From: Diadema antillarum
Taxonomy: Eukaryota
Direction of reading: 5' to 3'
Length of the DNA stretch: 64,000 nt
NCBI RefSeq assembly: GCF_040938485.1
Contig: NW_027270961.1
Span: 2,604,001 to 2,668,000, forward strand
The position numbers were made by a program, and so were the translations under genes. Below are positions 63,419-64,000 of this stretch, in pieces. The first letter of the stretch is position 1, and every line of letters begins with the position of its first letter. Under the pieces are notes generated by a model. That model made no database searches. It was not told where the DNA came from and saw only the letters and a list, made by a program, of their open reading frames with translations.

Positions 63419-64000
63419 GAAGTGGTGCCGGAGGCATTATGTTTTTGGGTTGTCCGTCCGTCCGTCCGTCCGTCCGTCATCAATTTTGTGGACAAATGCT
63501 CAAAATTTCACTATTGCCCCCATATCCATGCAATGCCTGAAGGTATTTTCTTGAAAGTTAGTGTATAGGCCTATATTATGTACTACCAAATAAAGATTCT
63601 CCAGAGAGAGTTTTGGGTCATGAGGTCAAATGTCAAGGGTCAAAGGTCAAGAAATTGTATGTTTTTCTCCATATCTCGCAAATGGTTCAAGGTGTCTTCG
63701 TGGAACTTAATATATATGCATGTACTGACTGGCCGTGATTATCTAGGGATCTAGATCTAGGTCAAGGTCAACTCCTCAAAATGTCGATCACTACTGACCT
63801 CATATCTATGCAATGCCTGCAGGATTTTTCTTGAAACTTGAAATATACATGTATTACCCAATAGATATATATTCTGTGAGAAGTTTCTTGCCAAAAGGTC
63901 AAAGGTCAAGTGCAAGGGCTAAATTTCACTTCTCCCTCCATATCTCGAAAATGGACTCAAGGTATCATCATGAAACTTATTACATACTTATGCATGTTCT
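63419..64000 (+). mobile_element. HINE/DINE-1-like element of another family (5' end damaged, runs off the window)
   Basis: ACGAAGTGGTGCCGGAGGCATTATGTTTTTGGGTTGTCCGTCCGTCC... has the (GTCC)n tract and GGTCAAAGGTCA-type internal repeats. Confidence 0.7.

Overview
Intron-rich, repeat-dense animal genomic DNA, probably a sea urchin or other echinoderm (inferred from gene content and repeat families, not verified). Three protein-coding genes could be assembled by hand with GT-AG introns and consistent phases. An ABHD14-like alpha/beta-hydrolase (minus strand, 3 exons, 229 aa) lies head-to-head with LAMTOR5 (plus strand, 4 exons, 92 aa), their ATGs about 305 bp apart. A stabilin-like scavenger receptor (plus strand, 18 exons, 959 codons, 18822-37526) follows, and no further exon was recognisable in the last 26 kb. 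The rest is mostly non-autonomous transposons (Kolobok, hAT-like, Harbinger, Sola1-like, Tc1/mariner and piggyBac-like MITEs; L2 and Penelope remnants), a diverged pair of decayed gene copies (43.9-48.9 kb) and one assembly gap. The most striking structure is at 53240-62574: four non-autonomous Helentron/Helitron2-type (HINE-like) elements nested as A[B,C[D]]. Their four 3' CTAG ends and four 5' hairpins balance exactly, and three of the 5' ends are stacked at the right edge. The nest sits inside a piggyBac-like MITE; one element carries a 790-bp tandem expansion and another a tRNA-like insert.
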